A stretch of DNA of 50,388 bases, from the NCBI GenBank assembly GCA_029934085.1, contig JAOZMY010000001.1:24031-74418 (forward strand). Reading direction: 5' to 3'. This DNA is from a bacterium (GTDB lineage Bacteria > Desulfobacterota > S145-22). The translations under genes and the position numbers were made by a program. Within the stretch, counting starts at the first letter, position 1. Each line of letters begins with the position of its first letter. Positions 36,248-44,694 of this stretch are shown here, in pieces. Below the pieces are notes generated by a model. That model saw only the letters and a program-made list of their open reading frames with translations, was not told the DNA's origin and did no database searches.

Positions 36248-38389
36248 TCAGGCCTGAAGTCTCTTGACCTCTGTGACGCCCTTGATCTGGTTCAAGGCGC
36301 GTATGATCTTGTTCAAGTGTTTTAAGTCCTTAATTGAAATGACGAATTGATTGATGGCGTGGTGATCCTGTGTGGTCTGCACGTGGGCACTCAGAATATC
36401 CGCGCCTTGTGCCGACAATTCACGGGTGATTTCAGCCAACAGTCCCCGTCGATCTGTCGAGGCGGTCTGAATTCGGACGGGATGGCGGACTGTGTCGTCC
36501 ACCTTCCACTTGGCCTCGATGAGGCGTTGGGGGTCGGAGTCCAGGACCTTTTCGCAATCTGCCTTATGGATAGTAATTCCCCTTCCCCGGGTAATAAACC
36601 CAACGATTTTATCGCCGGGGAGGGGGTTGCAGCACTTGGCGAGCTTGACCATCACGTTATCGACCCCTTTGATGAGGATGGGGCTCTGATCCTTACGCTT
36701 GATCTTTGAGATAATCTTTTTGAGGGGTTTTTCTTCTTCCCCTTCTATCTTCTCCGGTGGCAGAATCCGGCGGATCACCTGCCTGGGTGTAATCTTGCCG
36801 TATCCAATGGTGGCAAGGAGGTCGTCCACGGATTGAAGACTGAACGCCTCGGCAACCTCTTTGAGAGAGCCATTCTTGTAGAGCTTGTTGAAACTGACCG
36901 AATATCTCTTCGTTTCCTTTTCCAGAAGTTCCCTTCCCAGTTGGATGCTCTGTTCCCTCTCCTGGGTTTTGATCCATTGGCGTATCTTGGTTCTCGCCCG
37001 CGACGTCTTTACAATCTTGAGCCAGTCCTTACTGGGGTGAGCCTGGGGATGGGTGATAATCTCGACGCTGTCCCCATTGTGCATGATGTATTTGAGTGGG
37101 ACGATTTTCCCGTTGACTTTGGCACCCTTACAGTGATTTCCCACCTCCGTGTGGATACTGTAGGCGAAATCGATGGGGGTCGACCCTCTGGGGAATTCTT
37201 TGACCTCGCCGGTGGGCGTGAAGACGAACACCTCGTCCGGGAAGAGGTCGATCTTGATGGTTTCAAGAAACTCAGCGTTGTTTTTCAGGTCCTTCTGGTA
37301 CTCGAAGAGCTGCCGCAGCCAGCGAAAGCGTTTGTCGTCCCTCTCGTCCAGATTGATTCCTTCTTTATACTTCCAATGGGCGGCGATCCCCATTTCCGCG
37401 ACTTGATGCATCTCGTGGGTTCGGATCTGTATCTCGATTCTTTCCCCCTTGGGGCCGATGACGGTCGTGTGCAGGGACTGGTAAAGATTGGCCTTGGGCA
37501 GGGCGATGTAGTCCTTGAATTTCCCTGGAATGGGAGTCCACAGGTTATGGATGATGCCCAGGACCTCATAGCACTCGGTAATGGTGTTCACGATGACCCG
37601 AAAGGCCGTGATGTCGTATATGTCATTGAACTCGATGTTTTGGCTTTGCATCTTTTTAAAGATGCTGTAGAGATGTTTGGGGCGTCCGGAGATCTCCGCG
37701 ACGATCCCGTTTTCCATCAGTTTCTCTTTGAGGATTCGTATGACGAATTCGATGTATCGGCTTCTTTCCTTTTCGCTCTTGGCGATCTTTTGCTCCAATG
37801 AGCGGTAGGCATCGGTCATGATATACTTGAAGGAGAGATCTTCAAGCTCCGATTTCATCCATTCGATACCGAGTCGATTAGCGATGGGCGCGTAGATTTC
37901 AAGGGTTTCCTGGGAAATACGCTGTCGACTTTCTGGCTTCTGGAATTCCAGAGTCCGCATATTGTGGAGACGGTCGGCCAGTTTAACCAGGATGACGCGG
38001 ATGTCCTTGGTCATGGCCAAGATCATCTTTCTGAAGTTCTCCGCCTGGGTATCCTCGCTACTCTCGAACGACATCTTGCTGATTTTGGTTACCCCTTCAA
38101 CCAGGTCCGCGACCTCTTTGCCGAAAAGCTCTTTCAATTGATCATACGTGGCATAAGTATCCTCGATGGTGTCGTGGAGGAGGCCCGTGGCAATGGTTTG
38201 TTCATCCAACTGCATTTCAGCTAATATACCCGCTACCTCCAGGGGATGGATAAGATAGGGTTCCCCCGAAAGCCGAATCTGTCCCTGGTGTGCCTTTGCC
38301 GAGAAGATATAAGCTTTTTGGATTAGCTCCTCATCGTAGTCGGGATTATAAGCCTCAATTCGTTCTACGATATCCCCAAATCGAATCAA
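36248..38389 (-). CDS. rel: Bifunctional (p)ppGpp synthetase/hydrolase (RelA/SpoT homolog)
   Basis: Motifs: HD domain (HPLEVAGILAE...LHDTIEDT), synthetase domain (YQSLHTTVIGPKGERIEIQIRTHEMH), and TGS and ACT domains. The likely start is TTG 38389, 6 nt after GAGGAGG; the ORF-track start is 38422. Confidence 0.93.
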   Translation of the reverse strand: MIRFGDIVERIEAYNPDYDEELIQKAYIFSAKAHQGQIRLSGEPYLIHPLEVAGILAEMQLDEQTIATGLLHDTIEDTYATYDQLKELFGKEVADLVEGVTKISKMSFESSEDTQAENFRKMILAMTKDIRVILVKLADRLHNMRTLEFQKPESRQRISQETLEIYAPIANRLGIEWMKSELEDLSFKYIMTDAYRSLEQKIAKSEKERSRYIEFVIRILKEKLMENGIVAEISGRPKHLYSIFKKMQSQNIEFNDIYDITAFRVIVNTITECYEVLGIIHNLWTPIPGKFKDYIALPKANLYQSLHTTVIGPKGERIEIQIRTHEMHQVAEMGIAAHWKYKEGINLDERDDKRFRWLRQLFEYQKDLKNNAEFLETIKIDLFPDEVFVFTPTGEVKEFPRGSTPIDFAYSIHTEVGNHCKGAKVNGKIVPLKYIMHNGDSVEIITHPQAHPSKDWLKIVKTSRARTKIRQWIKTQEREQSIQLGRELLEKETKRYSVSFNKLYKNGSLKEVAEAFSLQSVDDLLATIGYGKITPRQVIRRILPPEKIEGEEEKPLKKIISKIKRKDQSPILIKGVDNVMVKLAKCCNPLPGDKIVGFITRGRGITIHKADCEKVLDSDPQRLIEAKWKVDDTVRHPVRIQTASTDRRGLLAEITRELSAQGADILSAHVQTTQDHHAINQFVISIKDLKHLNKIIRALNQIKGVTEVKRLQA

Positions 38390-38410
38390 GGTGCACCTCC
38401 TCAAAGATAA

Positions 38411-38439
38411 TTTATACCCCAAATGGAAATTTGAATCAA
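38411..38439 (-). promoter_or_regulatory. Candidate sigma70 promoter for rel (TTGATT-17 nt-TATAAA on the minus strand)
   Basis: The minus strand reads TTGATTcaaatttccatttggggTATAAA. The -35 maps to plus coordinates 38434-38439 and the -10 to 38411-38416. This is about 20 nt upstream of the rel RBS. Confidence 0.5.
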
Positions 38440-38492
38440 ATGAGAAACCTGTCCGTTTGGCAGAGAAGCCCGGGATTGAATGGGTGTCTCTG

Positions 38493-39185
38493 TCAGAAAA
38501 GGGCGCGGAGGAGGATGTCGATGGCTTGGTTCACATGCTTGAAGACACGGAGGGCCCCTGCCTCGATGAGGGCCTGCTTCTCCCCGGTTCCGGTGAGAAC
38601 ACCGATGGGAACGATGGAGGCCGAGCGCGCCGTAAGGATATCCATGGGATGATCCCCGATCATAAAAACATTTTCAGTGGGGATGGAGAATTTCTCGAGG
38701 ATGGGTTCAAGAGACCTCTTATCCGGTTTGTAGGCGAGGCTGTTTTCCCGCGTCAAGATGACATCGAAAAGAATGGCCGCCTTGCCGATGACGCTTCGAA
38801 GGGCCTTTTCACAGTTTCTTGTGGCGATTGCCAGCCGAACTCCCTGTTCTTTGAGGGTCCAAAGTCGCGGATAGACCCCCGGAAGCAGGTGGCTGTGTGC
38901 TGCGGCGGTCAGTTCCATCTCCTCGATGAGGGAGAAGGCCTCCGCTTTTATTTGATGGGCCAGGGTGGGATTTTGGGAATGAATTTGGTCGAAGACTTCG
39001 TCGATTCGTTCGAGGATGAACCGGCGCTGGAGCGTCTCAGGGGCGATACCATGCCGGATAAAGAGGGTATTGATGGCCCGGCGCATCTCGTCGAAGTCGA
39101 TGGACATCCGGGCCAGTGTTCCGTCGAAATCGAAAACGATCCCATGCTCAGGTTTCAGGTTAGCCTTTTTTGATGGCGGCCACAT
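38493..39185 (-). CDS. HAD-superfamily hydrolase (phosphoglycolate phosphatase-like)
   Basis: Motifs: IVFDFDGTL (motif I), ATRN (motif II-like), GDHPMDI (motif IV-like). The ATG at 39185 overlaps the end of the upstream gene by 26 nt. Confidence 0.8.
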   Translation of the reverse strand: MWPPSKKANLKPEHGIVFDFDGTLARMSIDFDEMRRAINTLFIRHGIAPETLQRRFILERIDEVFDQIHSQNPTLAHQIKAEAFSLIEEMELTAAAHSHLLPGVYPRLWTLKEQGVRLAIATRNCEKALRSVIGKAAILFDVILTRENSLAYKPDKRSLEPILEKFSIPTENVFMIGDHPMDILTARSASIVPIGVLTGTGEKQALIEAGALRVFKHVNQAIDILLRALF

Positions 39186-39555
39186 ACTTCAACTTGAGGT
39201 CGTAGAGCAGGTTCGTGATGAGCTGATCCTCGTCCGTATCCAGATTCCCGGTCGTCTTCTTCTTCAGCATGTCGATAAGATCGATGGTTTGTTTGGCGAG
39301 GGGGAGGTTCTTTTCGATCTGATTGGTTTCGGGGTTGGGAAGCTCGCCGAGGTGCATGAGGGTTGAGGTGCTGAGAGATAGGATGAAGGTTGAGAAGTTG
39401 ATCTCGGGTAAAACCGTCTGGTCCGTCGTTTCTTTCTGTTCCTTTCTTTCGGTTTTTTCCTCTTTGGGTTCCTCACCGGGTTCTTTTGCCGTGTCATCAA
39501 AGATTTTCCGTTTGTCTTTGACCTTGAATCCTTTGTCCTCAGAGTTTTTCTCCAT
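39160..39555 (-). CDS. DUF1844 domain protein
   Basis: It has INFSTFILSLSTSTLMHLGE...LPLAKQTIDLIDMLKKKTTGNL, characteristic of DUF1844. The ATG at 39555 lies 4 nt after AAGGAGGG; the ORF-track TTG at 39570 overlaps the htrA stop. Confidence 0.7.
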   Translation of the reverse strand: MEKNSEDKGFKVKDKRKIFDDTAKEPGEEPKEEKTERKEQKETTDQTVLPEINFSTFILSLSTSTLMHLGELPNPETNQIEKNLPLAKQTIDLIDMLKKKTTGNLDTDEDQLITNLLYDLKLKYVAAIKKG

Positions 39556-39566
39556 TTTTCCCTCCT

Positions 39567-40964
39567 TCAAGATTGATAGAGATTGAAGACGATTTTGTAG
39601 GTGTAAGATCCTCTCAATAGCACGAGTTCGAACTTCCCTGTCCGGACGTGGTCTATCAAGACCTTTTTGAAGGTTCGAACGTCTTTTAATGGTATATCGT
39701 TGAGCCGTAAGAGAATGTCGTTCCTGCGGAGGCCGTTAACTGCGGCAAAAGAGTTCGGGGCGATGTCTGAAATGGCAACGCCGCTGATCCCGGAATTTTC
39801 GAGGATGTGTTTTTCCTTCCTATTGAGGTTTCTAATCTCAAAACCGAAGATGCGGTGGACGAGGAAGGTCCCGTGTTTTGGTGTGAGCCGTTTTAGTTTT
39901 AAGGAATGCTTTTGGGGCGAACCGTTTCGGGAGACCGTAAAAACCACCCGGTCTTCTGGAAGATGCTGATTGATGATCTGCTGAAACATCAGAGGCGTGA
40001 ACACGGGATCGTGATCGATGGAGGTGATGATGTCGCCAACTTTCAGGCGCCCATCGGCCGCGGGACTTCCCTTTTCGATGGCGGTGATGAGAATTCCCTT
40101 ATCGCCCTTGAATTGGAAGTGTCGCGCAATGGCGGAGGTTAGGGGCTGGCAGTCGATGCCGACCCATACCGGCGGGACCTTGCCGTATTTCACGAGGGCC
40201 GAGGATATCCTCTTGACCTTGTCGATGGGGATGGCGAAGCCGATACCCTGGGCGTTGCTGTAAATGGCCGTGTTGATACCGATGACTTTCCCGAGGATGT
40301 TAAGAAGGGGACCTCCACTGTTGCCGGGGTTGATGGAGGCGTCGGTTTGTATGAGGTCCTTATAAATCCTTCCCTTGCTCTGGAGGGAGCGGTGAAGGGA
40401 GCTGATGACGCCGGAGGTCACCGTATTGGAAAGCCCGAAAGGGTTTCCGATGGCGATGACCGTTTCCCCGATCATTAGGTCGGAGGAGGTGCCCAGGGGG
40501 ATGGGGGGTAGAGGGGTATCTCCCTTAATCTTCAAAACCGCCAGGTCGGTGACGGGATCGGCCCCGATCAAACTGGCGGTGAAGCGTTGCCCCGTGTTGG
40601 TGATGACGGAGATTTCCTCCGCTTGGTCGATGACGTGCTCGTTGGTCAGAACCCTTTTCCCGTTTCCGAAGACGATTCCCGATCCCAAGGTCTTGAGCTT
40701 GAAGCGTTGGATAAACTCGGGCGCCAAAAAGTCCTTGAAAAAACTGTCGAAAAAGGAATCGCCGATACCCCCGAAAGGAGAGACACGTCGTTGAACGATC
40801 TTTTGGGTGCTGATGTTCACGACCGAGGGCGAGGCCTTTTCGACCACCCGGACTACGGGGGTCCTGCGTTGTTCGAGGTCCCTTTGGGAGGTCGCGTAGA
40901 CGCCAGGGCCCCCAACGAAGATTGCAAGCGCGATTCCGATTCCGACCAGATGAGATTTCAACAT
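39567..40964 (-). CDS. htrA: Periplasmic serine endoprotease, HtrA/DegP family (trypsin-like domain plus 2 PDZ)
   Basis: The catalytic triad context is TNEHVI, DLAVLKI, GNSGGPLL. Two PDZ-like regions are present. The ATG at 40964 gives MLKSHLVGIGIALAIFVGG, a signal/anchor. The ORF-track TTG at 41024 coincides with a -35 hexamer. Confidence 0.9.
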   Translation of the reverse strand: MLKSHLVGIGIALAIFVGGPGVYATSQRDLEQRRTPVVRVVEKASPSVVNISTQKIVQRRVSPFGGIGDSFFDSFFKDFLAPEFIQRFKLKTLGSGIVFGNGKRVLTNEHVIDQAEEISVITNTGQRFTASLIGADPVTDLAVLKIKGDTPLPPIPLGTSSDLMIGETVIAIGNPFGLSNTVTSGVISSLHRSLQSKGRIYKDLIQTDASINPGNSGGPLLNILGKVIGINTAIYSNAQGIGFAIPIDKVKRISSALVKYGKVPPVWVGIDCQPLTSAIARHFQFKGDKGILITAIEKGSPAADGRLKVGDIITSIDHDPVFTPLMFQQIINQHLPEDRVVFTVSRNGSPQKHSLKLKRLTPKHGTFLVHRIFGFEIRNLNRKEKHILENSGISGVAISDIAPNSFAAVNGLRRNDILLRLNDIPLKDVRTFKKVLIDHVRTGKFELVLLRGSYTYKIVFNLYQS

Positions 40965-40996
40965 ATTCTCCGTAAACAATCGTTTCTTTTTCCTTT

Positions 40997-41024
40997 TTAT
41001 TAACCACTTTTTGGTTTTTGTCAA
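40997..41024 (-). promoter_or_regulatory. Candidate htrA promoter (TTGACA-16 nt-TAATAA on the minus strand)
   Basis: The minus strand reads TTGACAaaaaccaaaaagtggtTAATAA. The -35 maps to plus 41019-41024 and the -10 to plus 40997-41002. Confidence 0.45.
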
Positions 41025-41046
41025 ACGGGATAGCCCCGCGCGATGA

Positions 41047-41075
41047 TTGATTTCGACGGGGTGTTGCGCTATGAT
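41047..41075 (+). promoter_or_regulatory. Candidate purM promoter (TTGATT-17 nt-TATGAT)
   Basis: TTGATT lies at 41047-41052 and TATGAT at 41070-41075. This is about 30 nt upstream of the purM ATG. Confidence 0.5.
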
Positions 41076-41104
41076 ATTTGTGATTTTATGTGAAAGGGAT
41101 TGCT

Positions 41105-42139
41105 ATGACCACGTACAAAGAAGCAGGTGTCGATATAGAGAAGGCGGATGCCTTTGTTAAAGATATTGCCTCGACGATCAAACAGACATGGTCTCCAGAG
41201 GTGAAATCGGAGTTGGGTGATTTCGCGGCCCTTTATTCCCTCCTGGGATATGAGATGAAACACCCGGTACTGGTTTCTTCCACGGATGGAGTGGGCACGA
41301 AGTTGAAGATCGCCATTACCATGGACGTGCATAACACCGTAGGCATAGATTTGGTTGCCATGTGCGTGAACGATATCCTTGTCAAGGGCGCGCGCCCCCT
41401 CTTCTTTCTCGATTATATGGCCTGCGGTGAGTTGGACCCAAAGGTCGGAAGGGAGATCCTCGAGGGGATCGCGAGGGGATGTGAAGAGGCGGAATGTTCC
41501 CTGGTTGGGGGGGAAACAGCCGAGATGCCGGGGATGTATGCCCCGGGAGATTACGACCTGGCCGGTTTTGTCGTTGGAATTGTGGAAGATGGGGCTACGG
41601 TGGATGGGACGGATATCTCAAGCGGCGACGTGGTTATCGGTGTTGCCTCAAGTGGCCTGCATAGTAACGGTTTTTCCCTCGTGCGCAAGATTGTCGAGGA
41701 GGCACCCTCTTTGGAGTACGAGACCTATCTGCCAGAGTTTCAAGCGAAGCTGGGAGAATTGCTCTTAACCCCCACCCGCATCTACGTGAAGATGGTTAAA
41801 TCCCTCCTAAGAGACTTCGACATCAAAGGGATGGCACACATTACGGGGGGAGGGATCGTGGGGAATTGTGTTCGTATCCTTCCAAACGGCACTACCATGC
41901 GTGTCAAACGGGACGGATGGGAATGGCCGCCCGTGTTTGATTTCATCCAGAAGCTGGGGAAACTGACAGAAGAAGAGATGTATCGAACCTTTAATTGTGG
42001 AATCGGGTTCGTGCTGGTGGTTTCCCCAGAGATCGAAGAAGAGGTTCTTTTAAGGCTGAAAGGATTGGGCGAAACGGCCTTTGTGATCGGGGACATCATT
42101 CAACGAAACGGGAATGAGAATCCCTTTTTATGGGTGTAG
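41105..42139 (+). CDS. purM: Phosphoribosylformylglycinamidine cyclo-ligase (AIR synthetase)
   Basis: Motifs: MTTYKEAGVDIEKA..., SSTDGVGTKLKIA, GGETAEMPG. Confidence 0.95.
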   Translation: MTTYKEAGVDIEKADAFVKDIASTIKQTWSPEVKSELGDFAALYSLLGYEMKHPVLVSSTDGVGTKLKIAITMDVHNTVGIDLVAMCVNDILVKGARPLFFLDYMACGELDPKVGREILEGIARGCEEAECSLVGGETAEMPGMYAPGDYDLAGFVVGIVEDGATVDGTDISSGDVVIGVASSGLHSNGFSLVRKIVEEAPSLEYETYLPEFQAKLGELLLTPTRIYVKMVKSLLRDFDIKGMAHITGGGIVGNCVRILPNGTTMRVKRDGWEWPPVFDFIQKLGKLTEEEMYRTFNCGIGFVLVVSPEIEEEVLLRLKGLGETAFVIGDIIQRNGNENPFLWV

Positions 42140-42151
42140 CGGAGGTTAGGG

Positions 42152-42808
42152 GTGGAAGAATCACTGAATATCGGGGTGTTGATTTCAGGGAGGGGATCCA
42201 ATCTTCAGGCGATAATCGATGGCATCGAACAGGGGAAAGTGGCGGCCAAAATTTCACTGGTGGTGAGTAACAACCCGGACGCCTATGGCCTTGAAAGGGC
42301 TCGTAAACATGGGATCCCTGCGGTGGTGGTCGATCATAGAATGTATTCTACCCGGCAGGAATTTGAAACTGTAGTCATTGAGCGTTTGAATGAGAAAGGC
42401 GTGGAGCTCGTGGTCCTGGCGGGATTCATGCGGGTGTTGACGGAGCATTTTTTAAAGGCCTTTCCTTTACGAGTGATCAATATTCACCCCGCGCTTTTGC
42501 CATCGTTTCCGGGAGTCGGGGTTCAGGCGAAGGCGGTTGATTATGGAGTCAGGTTCTCTGGGTGTACCGTTCATTTTGTCAACGAGGGGGTGGATACGGG
42601 GCCCATCATTGCCCAAGCGGTCGTCCCTGTTTATCCCACGGACACAGGTGAGATCTTGGCGGATAGGATTCTTAAGATGGAACATCAGATTTACCCTAAG
42701 GTTATCCATTGGATTGCGGAGAGAAGGGTTCGTGTCGAGGGCCGCCGTGTTTTCGTGGAGGGGGCGAAGATGGACGAAGAAATCGCCCATATTGAACCAG
42801 TAGCGTGA
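42152..42808 (+). CDS. purN: Phosphoribosylglycinamide formyltransferase
   Basis: GTG start. Motifs: IGVLISGRGSNLQAI, NIHPALLPSFPG, TVHFVNEGVDTGPII. Confidence 0.93.
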   Translation: MEESLNIGVLISGRGSNLQAIIDGIEQGKVAAKISLVVSNNPDAYGLERARKHGIPAVVVDHRMYSTRQEFETVVIERLNEKGVELVVLAGFMRVLTEHFLKAFPLRVINIHPALLPSFPGVGVQAKAVDYGVRFSGCTVHFVNEGVDTGPIIAQAVVPVYPTDTGEILADRILKMEHQIYPKVIHWIAERRVRVEGRRVFVEGAKMDEEIAHIEPVA

Positions 42809-43278
42809 TGAGTCCCCCCCTGTTGGTGAGTGCCTGCCTCGTGGGGTTCCGATGCCGATATGACGGAAAGGATAAACTCGACCTCAATGTTTTGAGACGT
42901 CTGGAAGGACATTCGTGGTTGGTCGTTTGTCCCGAGCAACGGGCGGGACTTTCGACCCCGAGGGATCCCATCATGTTTGAAGGAGGAACGGGGCGTGATA
43001 TCCAGGAGGGGAGGGCGAGGATTGTCCGAGTCGATGGAACCGATGTGACGGAAGAATTGATAGAGGCCTCTCGGTCCATTATCCGCATGGCCAAACTCTA
43101 TGGGGTGAGGACGGGAATCTTAAAGGAAAGAAGTCCTTCGTGTGGGGTGAGAAGGACCTATCGAGGCGATGATCTCGTGGAGGGTATGGGAATCTTTGCG
43201 GCCATGCTCCAGAGGGAAGGAGTGGAGATTTTTAGTGAGGAGACCCTTGGACTTTGGAAAGCGGGGCATTATCTATGA
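42805..43278 (+). CDS. DUF523 family protein (family that includes the 2-thiouracil desulfidase TudS)
   Basis: It has LLVSACLVGFRCRYDGK (conserved Cys-rich N-terminal motif) and ERSPSCG. The start (GTG 42805 or ATG 42808) overlaps the purN stop. Confidence 0.75.
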   Translation: MMSPPLLVSACLVGFRCRYDGKDKLDLNVLRRLEGHSWLVVCPEQRAGLSTPRDPIMFEGGTGRDIQEGRARIVRVDGTDVTEELIEASRSIIRMAKLYGVRTGILKERSPSCGVRRTYRGDDLVEGMGIFAAMLQREGVEIFSEETLGLWKAGHYL

Positions 43279-44684
43279 TATTTGATGTCCTGGTTGTGGG
43301 AGAAACCCCTGCGGCGATGACGGCTGCCGCGCTCCTTGTTCGAAAGGGATTGAAGGTCGCCTGGGTCGTCCCTTCTCTTTCGGGGGAGGGAAGAGAGGTG
43401 GTGAGGCCCAAGGTTCCGGACATCGTGTGGGATTTGCTACCGCAGCCTCTTGTGCGGGAGATGCTCGAACGGTTGGGCGTTCCCTACAAACATCTGGAGA
43501 AGAGTGAACGACGCGGGGGCGGTATCCAGATGGTGAGCCCTGAGTTTAGAACGGGGGCGCTGGACGGCATTCTTGAAATCAGGCACGAGTTAAAGCGGAT
43601 TTTTGGCTTGGATGAAACGGATTTGGCCAGAATTTTCCCGGAGATCCAGCCCGGTGGAGAAGAGTTTCTGAAAAAATACTGGGGGCAGATCTTTAAAGGG
43701 GGGGGTGCCAAAAAGACCCAGCCCCTGAGCTTGCTTGCGCCGGGGGAATCGATTGCCCCTTCACCCTTTTCTGTGGATGGTCTTCGAATTGAACCCAGCC
43801 TGCGGCGCTTCTTTGAACTGGGGATCTATTCTCAGAGTTATGTCTGCCAATGGGTATTCCCCAAGTCTCTCGTAAGGCACTTTTTACACAATTTGGGAAA
43901 TTTGAACCTCTTCGCGCAGGGGCGGCTTGTCTCTCCCGAGGAGATTTTCAAGGAGGTTTTCCAGATGGGGGGCGGAGAGATCTTTGCCGCCGGGGTAGAG
44001 ACCTTACTCGAACCCCGTCGTGAAAAAGGCATAAGCCTGTGGCTGAACAAGGATGAGGTGGTAAATGGTACCGTCTGCCTCATGGCGGTTTCTCCGGAGG
44101 AGGCCCCGGAACTCTACGAAAACCTCCACGTTCCCCATCGGCGCTGGCACATGAAAGAGGAATTGGAAGAGATGACCTACAAGATTGCCAATATCCTCTT
44201 TTCAATCGATGCCAAGGGGATTCCCGGGGGAATGGGTGAGAATCTAACTCTTTATACGGGGATGGCGACGGAGCCTTTTACACCTTTGGACCTTGCCTTC
44301 TTGACATTAGAGAAGACAGAGGAATCGGGAACCTATGAGGGGCATTATACCGTTTTTTACGAGGGTGAACTTGGTGAAGAAGAACTGGAGGGTTGGACGA
44401 GCGAACAGATCCGGCGCCTCGACCGACTTTTCCCTTTTATGACTACCTTCCTTACCGTTGAGACAGTCTTCGTGTCGGGTGAGCATACCCTGTCCTCTGG
44501 GGATTATTTTTACTACGGAACAAGGAAACGTCGCCTCGGGGCCGTCGGGATCAAAGAGGGGGCGTTCGGGAAAAATTCCTATTATATTGGTCGCCGTCAG
44601 TTGGACTACATGGGATTGGAGGGTGAAATTATCACGGCATTCAAAGCGGTTCAGTGGGTGTTGGACCGGCTGACAAAATTGTGA
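43275..44684 (+). CDS. Uncharacterised protein with degenerate N-terminal FAD/NAD(P) Rossmann-like motif (CrtI/amine-oxidase-like fold suspected)
   Basis: An ATGA overlap links it to DUF523. The N-terminus FDVLVVGETPAAMTAAALLVRKGLKV has the beta-alpha-beta pattern, but GxGxxG is replaced by G-E-T-P-A-A. I recognise no other motif. Confidence 0.4.
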   Translation: MIFDVLVVGETPAAMTAAALLVRKGLKVAWVVPSLSGEGREVVRPKVPDIVWDLLPQPLVREMLERLGVPYKHLEKSERRGGGIQMVSPEFRTGALDGILEIRHELKRIFGLDETDLARIFPEIQPGGEEFLKKYWGQIFKGGGAKKTQPLSLLAPGESIAPSPFSVDGLRIEPSLRRFFELGIYSQSYVCQWVFPKSLVRHFLHNLGNLNLFAQGRLVSPEEIFKEVFQMGGGEIFAAGVETLLEPRREKGISLWLNKDEVVNGTVCLMAVSPEEAPELYENLHVPHRRWHMKEELEEMTYKIANILFSIDAKGIPGGMGENLTLYTGMATEPFTPLDLAFLTLEKTEESGTYEGHYTVFYEGELGEEELEGWTSEQIRRLDRLFPFMTTFLTVETVFVSGEHTLSSGDYFYYGTRKRRLGAVGIKEGAFGKNSYYIGRRQLDYMGLEGEIITAFKAVQWVLDRLTKL

Positions 44685-44694
44685 GGAGGCCGAT

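Noticed and set aside
38391-39173. A 260-aa plus-strand ORF covering the same DNA as the HAD hydrolase gene.
   Set aside because: The minus-strand frame carries the canonical HAD motif I (FDFDGTL) and fits the co-directional rel/DUF1844/htrA arrangement. The plus-strand product has no recognisable motif.
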